From positions 12,101 through 76,100 of the forward strand of contig JALUXP010000043.1 of the NCBI GenBank assembly GCA_027013295.1: 64,000 nt of DNA, written 5' to 3'. This DNA comes from Sulfurimonas sp. GTDB taxonomy: Bacteria; Campylobacterota; Campylobacteria; Campylobacterales; Sulfurimonadaceae. The notes below the pieces were generated by a model that saw nothing but the letters and a program-made list of their open reading frames with translations, had not been told where the DNA came from and searched no databases. A program made the position numbers and the translations under genes. This document shows, piece after piece, positions 46,834 to 56,272 of the stretch. Positions within the stretch are counted from its first letter, which is position 1. Every line of letters begins with the position of its first letter.

Positions 46834-47687
46834 TACTCACCCCAACTAAGTTTTTCTTTAAGCACTTCAAAATAATTAAACTCTTCTCGATGTATCAACC
46901 TGACACGCTTTGCAGAGAGTCTTACATGGAGACTTTCTCCAAGCCTCAACTCATGCTTGTCTTGTCCATCAACAATGATAAGAGCCTTTTCATCGGAGGT
47001 TCTCATCTCTATTGCGTACTCACCAGGTAGAACCACGGGTCTTTGTGTAAGCGAATGTGGGCAAATAGGCGTGAGTGCAAAAACATTTGTAAGTGGGAAA
47101 AGTACAGGTCCTCCTGCTGCCAAATTGTAAGCAGTAGATCCTGTTGGTGTAGAGATAATAACTCCATCACCATGATAAGTATTGAAAGCTTTTGAATCTA
47201 CAAGTGTCTCTATATGAATCATTGTTGAGACTGATGACCTTGTGAGCACGACATCGTTAAATGCATACATACTCAACTCCTCTTTATCTTTTTTAATAAC
47301 AGCTTTAAGTATAGCTCTCTCATCCATTCTACATTTGCCTTGTATCATATTTGCTACAAATTCATCAAGTTCTTGCAGGTTCACATCAGCCAAAAAACCA
47401 AGATTCCCCGCATAGACACCCAAGACAGGTATATCATAATCAAAAGATCGTCTCACAGCAGAGATAAGAGTTCCATCCCCGCCCACAGTAACTAGAGCAT
47501 CATTAGTTTTACAAAGTTGGGAAAACTCTATACCCTTTTCATTTATCATACTTGCACTACTAGCATCGAGGCTTACTTCAATATTATACTTGTTAAATAT
47601 ATTTTTAAGGATAAAGTAGCTTTTTCTAAGCTTGGGTGTAGCAGGTCTTAATATGACACCAATTTTTTTAATATTTAAATTTAGCAA
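46833..47687 (-). CDS. nadK: NAD+ kinase
   Basis: 284 aa with 'VGGDGTL', 'NLGFLAD', 'NDVV' and 'STPTGSTAYNLAAGGP'. Apparent TTG start. Confidence 0.85.
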   Translation of the reverse strand: MLNLNIKKIGVILRPATPKLRKSYFILKNIFNKYNIEVSLDASSASMINEKGIEFSQLCKTNDALVTVGGDGTLISAVRRSFDYDIPVLGVYAGNLGFLADVNLQELDEFVANMIQGKCRMDERAILKAVIKKDKEELSMYAFNDVVLTRSSVSTMIHIETLVDSKAFNTYHGDGVIISTPTGSTAYNLAAGGPVLFPLTNVFALTPICPHSLTQRPVVLPGEYAIEMRTSDEKALIIVDGQDKHELRLGESLHVRLSAKRVRLIHREEFNYFEVLKEKLSWGE

Positions 47688-47718
47688 ATTAACTCTTTAT
47701 TAAAATTTTATCTTATTG

Positions 47719-47734
47719 TCTCAACTTTCGCACA
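47719..47734 (+). repeat. 16-nt repeat tctcaactttcgcaca (copy 1)
   Basis: The same 16-mer occurs at 48492-48507, and its 15-nt core is inverted at 48527-48541. Confidence 0.8.
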
Positions 47735-47968
47735 TACTAAAGCCAAGTTTAACCCCAAAAAACAGGCACTTTAAAGTATAATTCTTTACCATAAAACCTA
47801 TACAGAGGTGAGTTTATGAATTATACGAATACTATCACAAATGAAATAAACACTAAGTTAAATAATCCAATTTTAAAAACATTAAAAGAGATAAAGATTA
47901 CTTCTTTATTGAAAAAAAGTTCCTTTAGTAAAAAAGATGGTGCAAGCAACTATACAATTTTTCTGCAC

Positions 47969-48484
47969 TTAACCATATTTAACTTCCCAATGCCCACGAG
48001 TCCCACCAACTCTCTCTATCATTCCAAGTTTTTTAAGTTTAGCGATATTTTCTTCTATCTTTCTAACAGAGATTCCTACTTCTTCAGATAGTAGTTTAGC
48101 ACTAGCTTTGGAGTTATCTTTCATTATTTGAATTATTGTCATTTGATTTTCAGTAAGATTACCGACCTTATTACCGACTTCTTTACCGACCTTTATTATT
48201 GACTCCAATATCATTTCAAGCATAAACTCTATAAAGGGGGTACTTTCTCCTAGAGATGTTGCATCTTCAAGTGCCTTATAGTACTCTTGCTGATGATCTC
48301 TTACAATACTTTCAATTGGTAATGATGAAAAGAGTGGATTGTACGCATGTAACATAACACTTTGCCATAGTCTTCCCATACGACCATTTCCATCACTAAA
48401 GGGATGAATAAACTCAAATTCATAGTGGAATATACATGACTGTAGTACCATGTGCTCATCACTCTCTTGTAGCCATTTAAATAT
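47969..48484 (-). pseudogene. 5'-truncated Fic-domain gene remnant
   Basis: Contains the Fic motif 'HPFSDGNGRMGR' and a C-terminal wHTH-like tail. The open frame begins only about 35 codons upstream of the motif, after the in-frame stop at 48485-48487, whereas Fic proteins carry a much longer N-terminal region. Confidence 0.7.
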
Positions 48485-48491
48485 TTAATTA

Positions 48492-48541
48492 TCTCAACTT
48501 TCGCACACAAAATTCTCTTGGATTTATGTGCGAAAGTTGAG
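48492..48541. repeat. Perfect 15-bp inverted repeat (ctcaactttcgcaca / tgtgcgaaagttgag), 19-nt spacer
   Basis: Arms at 48493-48507 and 48527-48541. The left arm is a direct copy of 47720-47734. It lies 8 nt from the truncation point of the Fic remnant. Confidence 0.8.
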
Positions 48542-48675
48542 TTATTATACAATTTTATCATTAAAAACTAAAAAATATGGCAAAATGTCATGTTTTAAAT
48601 TTAAAAACTGACCTTACGCACCAAGAGCATATATACTCTGGGTGCGTAAGGTTATTTATGGAGAGGCACTTATAT

Positions 48676-49110
48676 ATGAGAAAAATTATTTTACTTTTAG
48701 CTCTTGGTCTTAGTTTGTATGCATTGGAGATAGATAACTTTGCATCAAAAATGGGCTACTATAGAGACTATAACATGGCTTTAAATACTGCTAAGAAACA
48801 ACATAAACCTTTAATGCTTTTAGTAGGGACTGACTATTGTCCTTGGTGTAGAAAGTTTGAAAGAAAAACACTTCACTATCCTAAAGTAGTTACAGTGATA
48901 AAACAAAAATTTGTAGCTGTTGTTATAGACAAAAACAAAGATAAGGGTAGCTACCCAAACTCATACAAGTCACCTATGACTCCAGCAGTATTTTTCATAA
49001 ATCCAAACAATGGTAATGTGCTTGACACCAGTGTTGGATATATTAGAAAAAATGATTATTTAGAAAAACTTGAGAGTGTTTTGTTCTTGTATTCTCAAAA
49101 AGGCAAGTGA
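48676..49110 (+). CDS. Periplasmic thioredoxin-fold protein
   Basis: Signal peptide 'MRKIILLLALGLSLYA' and 'GTDYCPWCRKFE' (CxxC). I prefer the ATG at 48676 with RBS 'ggagagg' over the track start at 48577. Confidence 0.65.
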   Translation: MRKIILLLALGLSLYALEIDNFASKMGYYRDYNMALNTAKKQHKPLMLLVGTDYCPWCRKFERKTLHYPKVVTVIKQKFVAVVIDKNKDKGSYPNSYKSPMTPAVFFINPNNGNVLDTSVGYIRKNDYLEKLESVLFLYSQKGK

Positions 49111-49553
49111 TGCTAAAGTTACTTCTTAGTCTCATGTTTTTGATAACACTAGCTTCCGCTAAACCTTTACCCTACACTCTTGAAAACCTAAAAAAATTAA
49201 ATCTTTATTATGTAGACAGATCAGGTCTTTTTAGTAAAAAAGAGCAACAAGAGATAAAAAAACATATAAAAAGCAGATTGCAGGCAAGTGGTTTTGATCT
49301 TCATGCTGATGACCCTAGTACCTTGGTTGTCAAAATTCAAACAATAGATATAGATGATAGTGTGGTAGCATATATTGCTTTACTTGTTGGTGAAGAGGTC
49401 ATAACAAAAAGAGATGGCAATATAGAAACGATGGCACTCACCTATCAACAATCAGATTTCCTTGAACTTGATGATCCAGAGATAGATATAAAAGAGGTTG
49501 TTTATCGTTTGTTAGAAGAGTTTTTACAACTTTACTCTGAAGATATGGAGTAA
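49107..49553 (+). CDS. Hypothetical secreted protein
   Basis: 148 aa. Signal peptide 'MMLKLLLSLMFLITLASA'. 4-nt overlap with the thioredoxin-like gene. Confidence 0.5.
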   Translation: MMLKLLLSLMFLITLASAKPLPYTLENLKKLNLYYVDRSGLFSKKEQQEIKKHIKSRLQASGFDLHADDPSTLVVKIQTIDIDDSVVAYIALLVGEEVITKRDGNIETMALTYQQSDFLELDDPEIDIKEVVYRLLEEFLQLYSEDME

Positions 49554-49614
49554 AAGCAAGCGATAAGCCAAAATAGGATACAATCGCGAAAATTTTTTAT
49601 AGGACTCTATATTT

Positions 49615-51372
49615 ATGAGAAGTCATTATTGTACAGATGTAAGTGAAGTAAATGTTGGCCAAGAAGTTACGCTGACAGGTTGGGCAAATAGTTACCGTGA
49701 TCATGGTGGAATTATCTTTATTGATCTAAGAGATAAGAGTGGGTTAATTCAGCTTACATGTGATCCAGAAGACAGTGCATCTGCACATAAAATTGCTGAT
49801 GAAGTTCGTGATGAATTTGTTTTGATAGCAAAAGGTACAGTAAGGCACAGGGGGGAAGGCTTAGTTAATCCAAGATTGAAAACTGGGGCTATTGAAGTGA
49901 TAGTTAAAGAGCTTGTTATAGAAAACAGATCAGCACCTATCCCTTTTACACTTAACGATGATAATGTGAGTGAAGAGGTAAGATTAAAATATAGATATTT
50001 AGAGCTTCGTAAGCCAAGTATGTATGAAACATTTCGTCTTCGTTCAAAAGCTGCTATAGCAGCAAGAAACTCACTTGACTCAAATGGATTTTTAGAAGTA
50101 GAAACTCCAATCCTTACAAAATCAACACCTGAGGGAGCCAGAGACTATCTAGTCCCGTCTCGTGTCCATGATGGAGAATTTTACGCACTACCTCAGTCTC
50201 CCCAGCTTTTTAAACAACTTTTAATGGTTGGAGGATTTGATAGGTATTTTCAAATAGCTAAATGTTTCCGTGATGAAGACTTGCGTGCAGATAGACAGCC
50301 AGAGTTTACTCAGATAGATGTTGAGATGAGCTTTTGTACCCAAGAGGATGTCATAAATGTTGCTGAAGACCTTTTAAAGTCGATGTTTCGTGCTTGTGAC
50401 ATAGAGGTAAAAATCCCTTTTAACCGCATGAAATATAGCGATGCAATGGAGTGGTATGGCTCAGATAAGCCAGATTTAAGATACGATCTTAAGATGGTAG
50501 ATGTTATTGATATTTTTGAAAGATGTGATAATGAAATTTTTACAAACATAGCAAAAAAACCACATACAAATCGTATCAAAGCATTGAAAGTTCCTGGAGC
50601 TGATCTTGTCTTTTCAAAGCGTGAAATGAAAGGGTTTGAGGAGTTTGTCCGTAAATTTGGAGCTCATGGTCTTGGTTATTTTCAAATGAAAGAAGATGGG
50701 TTAAAAGGTCCACTTATTAAATTCTTTTCAGAGGATGATATTGCACTTTTAATCGAAAGACTTAGTATGGAAGTTGGTGATGTCGTATTTTTTGGTGCTG
50801 GTGAGAAAAAAGTTGTTTGGGATTATATGGGAAGATTTAGAAACTTCATCGCTGAACATGAAAAAATGAACCTAATCGATCCGAATGCTTATGAGTTTGT
50901 ATGGGTAGTGGACTTCCCAATGTTTGAAGTGGAAGATGGACGCGTCAAAGCACTGCATCATCCATTTACACAACCAGTTGATACAGATAAAGAGGATGTT
51001 CAAGAGATAGAATCTATCGCTTACGATATCGTCCTCAATGGTACAGAACTTGGGGGTGGATCTATGCGTATCCACAAAGAAGAAGTGCAAGAAGAGGTAT
51101 TTAGACTTCTTGGCATAGAGGAGGAAGAAGCACAAGAGAAATTTGGTTTCTTGCTTGATGCTCTTAAGTTCGGTGCACCTCCACATGGTGGTTTCGCACT
51201 TGGTTTTGATAGACTTATGATGCTTATCTCAAAAAAAGCAAGTATTCGTGATGTTATCGCTTTTCCTAAAACTCAAAAAGCTTCTTGTGTACTTACAAAG
51301 GCACCAAGTGAGGTTGACAATACTCAACTTCGTGATCTTCACATTAGACTTCGCGAACAAAAAAAATCATAA
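49615..51372 (+). CDS. aspS: Aspartate--tRNA ligase
   Basis: 585 aa. OB N-domain and class II motifs '[18 protein letters not shown]' and 'GGGSMRIH ... [15 protein letters not shown]'. Confidence 0.95.
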   Translation: MRSHYCTDVSEVNVGQEVTLTGWANSYRDHGGIIFIDLRDKSGLIQLTCDPEDSASAHKIADEVRDEFVLIAKGTVRHRGEGLVNPRLKTGAIEVIVKELVIENRSAPIPFTLNDDNVSEEVRLKYRYLELRKPSMYETFRLRSKAAIAARNSLDSNGFLEVETPILTKSTPEGARDYLVPSRVHDGEFYALPQSPQLFKQLLMVGGFDRYFQIAKCFRDEDLRADRQPEFTQIDVEMSFCTQEDVINVAEDLLKSMFRACDIEVKIPFNRMKYSDAMEWYGSDKPDLRYDLKMVDVIDIFERCDNEIFTNIAKKPHTNRIKALKVPGADLVFSKREMKGFEEFVRKFGAHGLGYFQMKEDGLKGPLIKFFSEDDIALLIERLSMEVGDVVFFGAGEKKVVWDYMGRFRNFIAEHEKMNLIDPNAYEFVWVVDFPMFEVEDGRVKALHHPFTQPVDTDKEDVQEIESIAYDIVLNGTELGGGSMRIHKEEVQEEVFRLLGIEEEEAQEKFGFLLDALKFGAPPHGGFALGFDRLMMLISKKASIRDVIAFPKTQKASCVLTKAPSEVDNTQLRDLHIRLREQKKS

Positions 51373-51944
51373 TGCAAAATCCTAAAAAACTTTTCCTTAT
51401 TATCGGAGCTCCAGGCTCTGGTAAAACCACAGATGCCCAGCTTATAGCACAGAGCAATGAAAAAATAACACACTATTCCACTGGGGATATGCTTAGAGCG
51501 GAAGTTACAAGCAAAAGCGAGCTTGGTAAAGAGATAGACAAGTTCATCTCAAATGGTTCAATAGTCCCTATAAAAATTGCGATAGCCACTATCATAAATG
51601 CTATTAAAAATGCACCTACAAACATTATCTTGCTCGATGGCTACCCAAGAAGCATGGAGCAACTTGATGCTTTAGAAGATTATTTGGATCATACTTTAGA
51701 ACTCAAAAGTGTTATTGAGGTAGCTGTTAGTGAGCAGACTGCCAGAGATAGAGTTTTAGGTAGAAACCGTGGTGCAGATGACAAAGTAGAAGTGTTTAAT
51801 AATCGCATGAAAGTCTATAACGAACCTTTAAAAGAGATTCAAAACTTCTATAATAAAAAAAATATCTTAAAAGTTATTAGTGGAGAAGGTAGTATTGAAG
51901 AGGTCGTTGAGAATATGCAGAGTTTCATAAACTCTAAAATTTAG
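51372..51944 (+). CDS. adk: Adenylate kinase, short (lid-less) epsilonproteobacterial type
   Basis: 190 aa with '[12 protein letters not shown]', 'STGDMLRAE', 'LDGYPRS' and '[10 protein letters not shown]'. Closely resembles the Helicobacter Adk as I recall it. 1-nt overlap (TAATG) with aspS. Confidence 0.85.
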   Translation: MQNPKKLFLIIGAPGSGKTTDAQLIAQSNEKITHYSTGDMLRAEVTSKSELGKEIDKFISNGSIVPIKIAIATIINAIKNAPTNIILLDGYPRSMEQLDALEDYLDHTLELKSVIEVAVSEQTARDRVLGRNRGADDKVEVFNNRMKVYNEPLKEIQNFYNKKNILKVISGEGSIEEVVENMQSFINSKI

Positions 51945-51966
51945 TGAAGGACTTAAGAGCCTTCAC
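51944..51966. terminator. Hairpin between the two convergent adk genes (bidirectional terminator candidate)
   Basis: gtgaagg(51944-51950)/ccttcac(51960-51966) form a 7-bp perfect stem with a 9-nt loop. The hairpin fills the whole 22-nt gap between the two stop codons. Confidence 0.45.
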
Positions 51967-52617
<651 letters not shown>

Positions 52618-52655
52618 TTATTCCTAATTATTTTATAGATGAAATTATAGCTAAA

Positions 52656-52925
52656 TTATTTTTCTTCTTCACTTTCTTCTTGTGCCTCTAAGATATCATC
52701 AATCATCTCTTTGCACTCATCCTCTTCCATCTCTCCTGTTGCAATATCATCAAGCACATCTTTTAGGTCATCTTTAAATTCACGAAGTTCTTCAATCTCC
52801 TCTTTTTGCGCATCATTTGCATTTTTTTCATCTGCAATCTCTTCAAATATTTCATCTAATCTATCATCTATATCTGGGATAACCTCTTGAGTAAGAAGTT
52901 CTTCAAGTTTTTTTGCATAAGACAT
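52656..52925 (-). CDS. Hyper-acidic small protein of unknown function
   Basis: 89 aa, dominated by D/E (e.g. 'EIEELREFKDDLKDVLDDIATGEMEEDECKEMIDDILEAQEESEEEK'). It lies 41 nt upstream of the second adk on the same strand. Confidence 0.55.
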   Translation of the reverse strand: MSYAKKLEELLTQEVIPDIDDRLDEIFEEIADEKNANDAQKEEIEELREFKDDLKDVLDDIATGEMEEDECKEMIDDILEAQEESEEEK

Positions 52926-53090
52926 AAGTTCTTTTCCTTTTTAGTTTGAATTTCCTAATAATAGCAAAAAATAATGATTTTATATTAATGCAATATTAAT
53001 TAGTGCCGATATTAGTAAAAATCAAAGAATTATACAAACTAGATTTGGTTTATATGATATTATTTCAAATAAAATATTTACTTATTTCAT

Positions 53091-53098
53091 TGTATAAT
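53091..53098 (+). promoter_or_regulatory. Extended -10 candidate (TGTATAAT)
   Basis: 'tgtataat' lies 27 nt upstream of the ATG at 53126, and RBS 'agaggaa' precedes the start. Consensus match only. Confidence 0.3.
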
Positions 53099-53125
53099 TA
53101 TTTAAAAAAATAAAAAAGAGGAACT

Positions 53126-53737
53126 ATGTCTATTATAAGAAGCAATCATGTATTTAAAGGGCACAAAGCTCTACTTGGAAATAGGTATGTAACTTATGGT
53201 GAAGTAGAGTTACCTGTAAGATATGAGGAGTTTCCTAAGTCAAACAATGGTTTTGATTGGGGAGTAAACAGTTCTGGTTCTCAGCAGTTGGCTTTTTCTA
53301 TCCTTCGTCAATTTAGTGATAGTGAATTTTCAAAAGAATATACGATGCAGTTTTCAAATGATATTGTGGCTTTTTTAAATTCTCGAGACTGGGTACTAAG
53401 TGCTTTAGAGGTTCAAGAGTGGATGAAAAAAAACACTTCAATAAATGAGAATGAGCCTAAAGAAGATAAAAAAATACCTACACAGCTTACACTCAAACCA
53501 AAAAATAAAAAAAATAAAAAAAATGTAGTAAAAACTGTATGTAAAGAGCTTTCAATCACACAAAAAGAACTCGCTCGCATACTAGAGGTTCCAGAGGGGA
53601 CCATAAGTAGCTGGGCAGTAAAAAATGAAATTCCAAGATTGGGAAAAAAGGCGATTGAATTTTATATACTCAATGCTAAAAACCAACAGGTTGTTGATAG
53701 TTATAAAAACTTTATAACTTTATTAAACGCTTCTTAA
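53126..53737 (+). CDS. Hypothetical protein with C-terminal helix-turn-helix
   Basis: 203 aa. C-terminal 'ITQKELARILEVPEGTISSWAVKNEIP' is HTH-like. A K/N-rich linker is encoded by A-tracts. The N-terminal domain was not recognised. Confidence 0.5.
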   Translation: MSIIRSNHVFKGHKALLGNRYVTYGEVELPVRYEEFPKSNNGFDWGVNSSGSQQLAFSILRQFSDSEFSKEYTMQFSNDIVAFLNSRDWVLSALEVQEWMKKNTSINENEPKEDKKIPTQLTLKPKNKKNKKNVVKTVCKELSITQKELARILEVPEGTISSWAVKNEIPRLGKKAIEFYILNAKNQQVVDSYKNFITLLNAS

Positions 53738-53772
53738 GTAGCTCATCATGAAAACAAGTACAAGCGATTAGT

Positions 53773-54642
53773 ATGCTACTTAGAACAATATTATTTTTCT
53801 TTATCTCTTTTCATCTTTATGCTCAAACAACTTTAAAAGAGGTGTATTCAATCAAAAACAATGAGGTACATCTGAGTGATTTATTCCCTCAAATACAAAA
53901 AGATCAGATTTTATTTACTGTTGATAATTATAAACATTCCAAAAGAATAAAAAGTAAAGATCTACTTGCTATTCTTAAAAAACTAGGTATCAAAGAGGTT
54001 AAAACATCCTCTTATTATGTAAACTTTCAAATATCTAGTCCTATTGACACAACACCCCTACATAAATTTTTAGATAACTATTATAAGGAAAAATACCCTA
54101 CAATCATATTTAACAATATTCAAGTTCACTCTCGTGGCTATATAGATAAACTACCAAATAATTATAGTATAGAGATACGCGAGAACAGTTACCTTCGTAG
54201 CAAAAACATTATAAATATCAAAAGTGATACTGGTAAAAAACTTTTTTTTAACTACTCTATACATGCTTCAATCAAAGTGCTCATTACAAAAAAAACTATT
54301 CAGAGACACGGTGAACTTTCTCTACTCAATACAAAGTTTAAAACAATAAAATTTGATAATTTTAGAGCTTTGCCAATCATGGAATTTCATAAAAAAAGTT
54401 ATCAGGTAGCCCGAACTATGAAGATGGATAAGATTCTTACAATCAGAGATATACAAAAATTAGATTTGGTGCGTAGAAATAGCATGGTAAGTGTAGAACT
54501 TGACAATAATGGAATATTTATCACTTTTCAAGCAAAAGCCTTGCAAAGTGGAACTTTAGGCGATATAATCACTATTCAAAAAACAAATTTAAAAAGATTA
54601 CAAGCCAGAGTAATTGGTAGAAAAAGGGTTCAAATACAATGA
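53773..54642 (+). CDS. flgA: Flagellar basal-body P-ring formation chaperone FlgA
   Basis: 289 aa. Signal peptide, SAF-like segment 'ILTIRDIQKLDLVRRNSMVSV' and the typical C-terminus 'GTLGDIITIQKTNLKRLQARVIGRKRVQI'. Confidence 0.7.
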   Translation: MLLRTILFFFISFHLYAQTTLKEVYSIKNNEVHLSDLFPQIQKDQILFTVDNYKHSKRIKSKDLLAILKKLGIKEVKTSSYYVNFQISSPIDTTPLHKFLDNYYKEKYPTIIFNNIQVHSRGYIDKLPNNYSIEIRENSYLRSKNIINIKSDTGKKLFFNYSIHASIKVLITKKTIQRHGELSLLNTKFKTIKFDNFRALPIMEFHKKSYQVARTMKMDKILTIRDIQKLDLVRRNSMVSVELDNNGIFITFQAKALQSGTLGDIITIQKTNLKRLQARVIGRKRVQIQ

Positions 54643-55163
54643 TAAAAAAAATTATCCTTGCAACCAGTGGTGCTAGTGGCATAAACTTAGGTATAAAAGC
54701 TCTTAAACTTTTTCCAACTCAACTAGATATCCATTTTATACAAACTAAAAATTCTCAAATTGTTCAAGAAAAAGAACTTGGGATAACAATCCATAAAGAT
54801 GATGATATATCTGCAAGTATTGCTTCAGGATCATTTGGGAGTGATGCTATGCTTATTGCTCCATGTAGCATGAATACTTTGGCTAAAATAGCTTGTGGGA
54901 TATCTGACAACCTTGTAACAAGATGTGCTAGTGTTATGATAAAAGAGCAAAAAAAGCTTATTTTAGCCCCTAGAGAGATGCCATTTTCTGCTATTGCTTT
55001 AGAAAATATGCAAAAATTAGCACAACTTGGAGTTATTATAGCACCCCCTGTGATGGCTTACTACTCAGAACAACAAACGCTCCAAGAGATGGAAAACTTT
55101 ATCATTGGTAAGTGGTTTGATTTGTTAGGCATAGAAAATAATTTATATAAAAGATGGGAATAA
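54639..55163 (+). CDS. ubiX: Flavin prenyltransferase UbiX
   Basis: 174 aa with 'ATSGASG', 'IAPCSMNTLAKIACGISDNLVTR' and 'LILAPREMP'. Confidence 0.85.
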   Translation: MIKKIILATSGASGINLGIKALKLFPTQLDIHFIQTKNSQIVQEKELGITIHKDDDISASIASGSFGSDAMLIAPCSMNTLAKIACGISDNLVTRCASVMIKEQKKLILAPREMPFSAIALENMQKLAQLGVIIAPPVMAYYSEQQTLQEMENFIIGKWFDLLGIENNLYKRWE

Positions 55164-55657
55164 CTTTGAAAAAAATCGCACTCTATCCAGGAACATTTGA
55201 CCCAATCACAAATGGTCATTACGATATTATAAAAAGAGCACTCAACCTTTTTGATGAAGTGATCGTGGCTGTTGCCATTTCACACGATAAAAAGCCTATG
55301 TTTAGCCTTAATGAGCGTATAGAGATGACAACGAAAGCCACTCAAAATTTTCAAAATGTTCATGTTGTTGGATTTGACAACCTCACAGTTGAGTTAGCTA
55401 AACAACACGATGCTTCTGTGCTTATCCGAGGACTACGAGCGGTTAGTGACTTTGAATATGAATTACAGATTGGGTACTTAAACAACTCACTTGATGACAC
55501 AATAGAAACCGTTTATCTTATGCCAACATTGCAACATGCTTTTATTAGCTCTTCCATCGTCAGAGGTTTATTAAAGTTCAATGCAAAAACAGAGCATTTA
55601 TTGCCATCAGAAGTACAAAAAATCATAGGAAGTATGGATCCATGTACATTGCAATAG
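55154..55657 (+). CDS. coaD: Phosphopantetheine adenylyltransferase
   Basis: 167 aa with 'YPGTFDPITNGHYDII', 'RGLRAVSDFEYE' and 'ISSSIVR'. Confidence 0.9.
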   Translation: MGITLKKIALYPGTFDPITNGHYDIIKRALNLFDEVIVAVAISHDKKPMFSLNERIEMTTKATQNFQNVHVVGFDNLTVELAKQHDASVLIRGLRAVSDFEYELQIGYLNNSLDDTIETVYLMPTLQHAFISSSIVRGLLKFNAKTEHLLPSEVQKIIGSMDPCTLQ

Positions 55658-56211
55658 AGGGGATAGATACAGCAGGGAAAAGCACTCAGATAGCTCTTCT
55701 TGAACGAAAATTTCCAGATGCGCTCATCACCAAAGAGCCAGGAGCTACTGCTGTAGGCAAAGAGATAAGAGATATCGTACTGAATGCTCGAGCAAAAAGT
55801 AAAAAAGCTGAGTTTCTTCTCTTTTTAGCTGACCGTGCTGAGCATGTAGATGAAGTGATCAAACCAAACATTAACAAAATGATCATCTCAGATAGAAGTG
55901 CTGTAAGTGGTGTAGCATATGCTCTAACACAAGGAGATATAGATAAAAAACATTTAGTAGCGTTCAACCATTTTGCAACAGATTCCTATCTTCCAAAGAA
56001 AGTTTTTTTACTTTATCTTACGAAAAAAGAATTAGAGTTTAGGCTCTCCCAAAAAGAACTTGATGGCATTGAACTTCGCGGATGTGAATATCTTTTAAAG
56101 ATTCAAGATGCCATGATTGAATCATGTAAACTTCTAAATATTGATTTAGTCCAAATAGATGCTACAGAGACAATCGAAAATATTTCAAAAAACATACTGA
56201 GTTTTCTTTAA
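55642..56211 (+). CDS. tmk: Thymidylate kinase
   Basis: 189 aa with 'IAIEGIDTAGKSTQ', 'LADR' and 'ISDRS'. Confidence 0.85.
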   Translation: MYIAIEGIDTAGKSTQIALLERKFPDALITKEPGATAVGKEIRDIVLNARAKSKKAEFLLFLADRAEHVDEVIKPNINKMIISDRSAVSGVAYALTQGDIDKKHLVAFNHFATDSYLPKKVFLLYLTKKELEFRLSQKELDGIELRGCEYLLKIQDAMIESCKLLNIDLVQIDATETIENISKNILSFL

Positions 56212-56272
56212 AATAAAGTTTTATTATCAATAAAAAATGGTATCCTTATAAAAATAATTTTGAGGAAACTAA

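Noticed and set aside
48301-48561. 86-aa minus-strand ORF overlapping the 5' end of the Fic remnant and running through the inverted repeat.
   Set aside because: It is out of frame with the Fic motif, has no recognisable homology, and spans the hairpin repeat. It is most likely a chance ORF created by the truncation.
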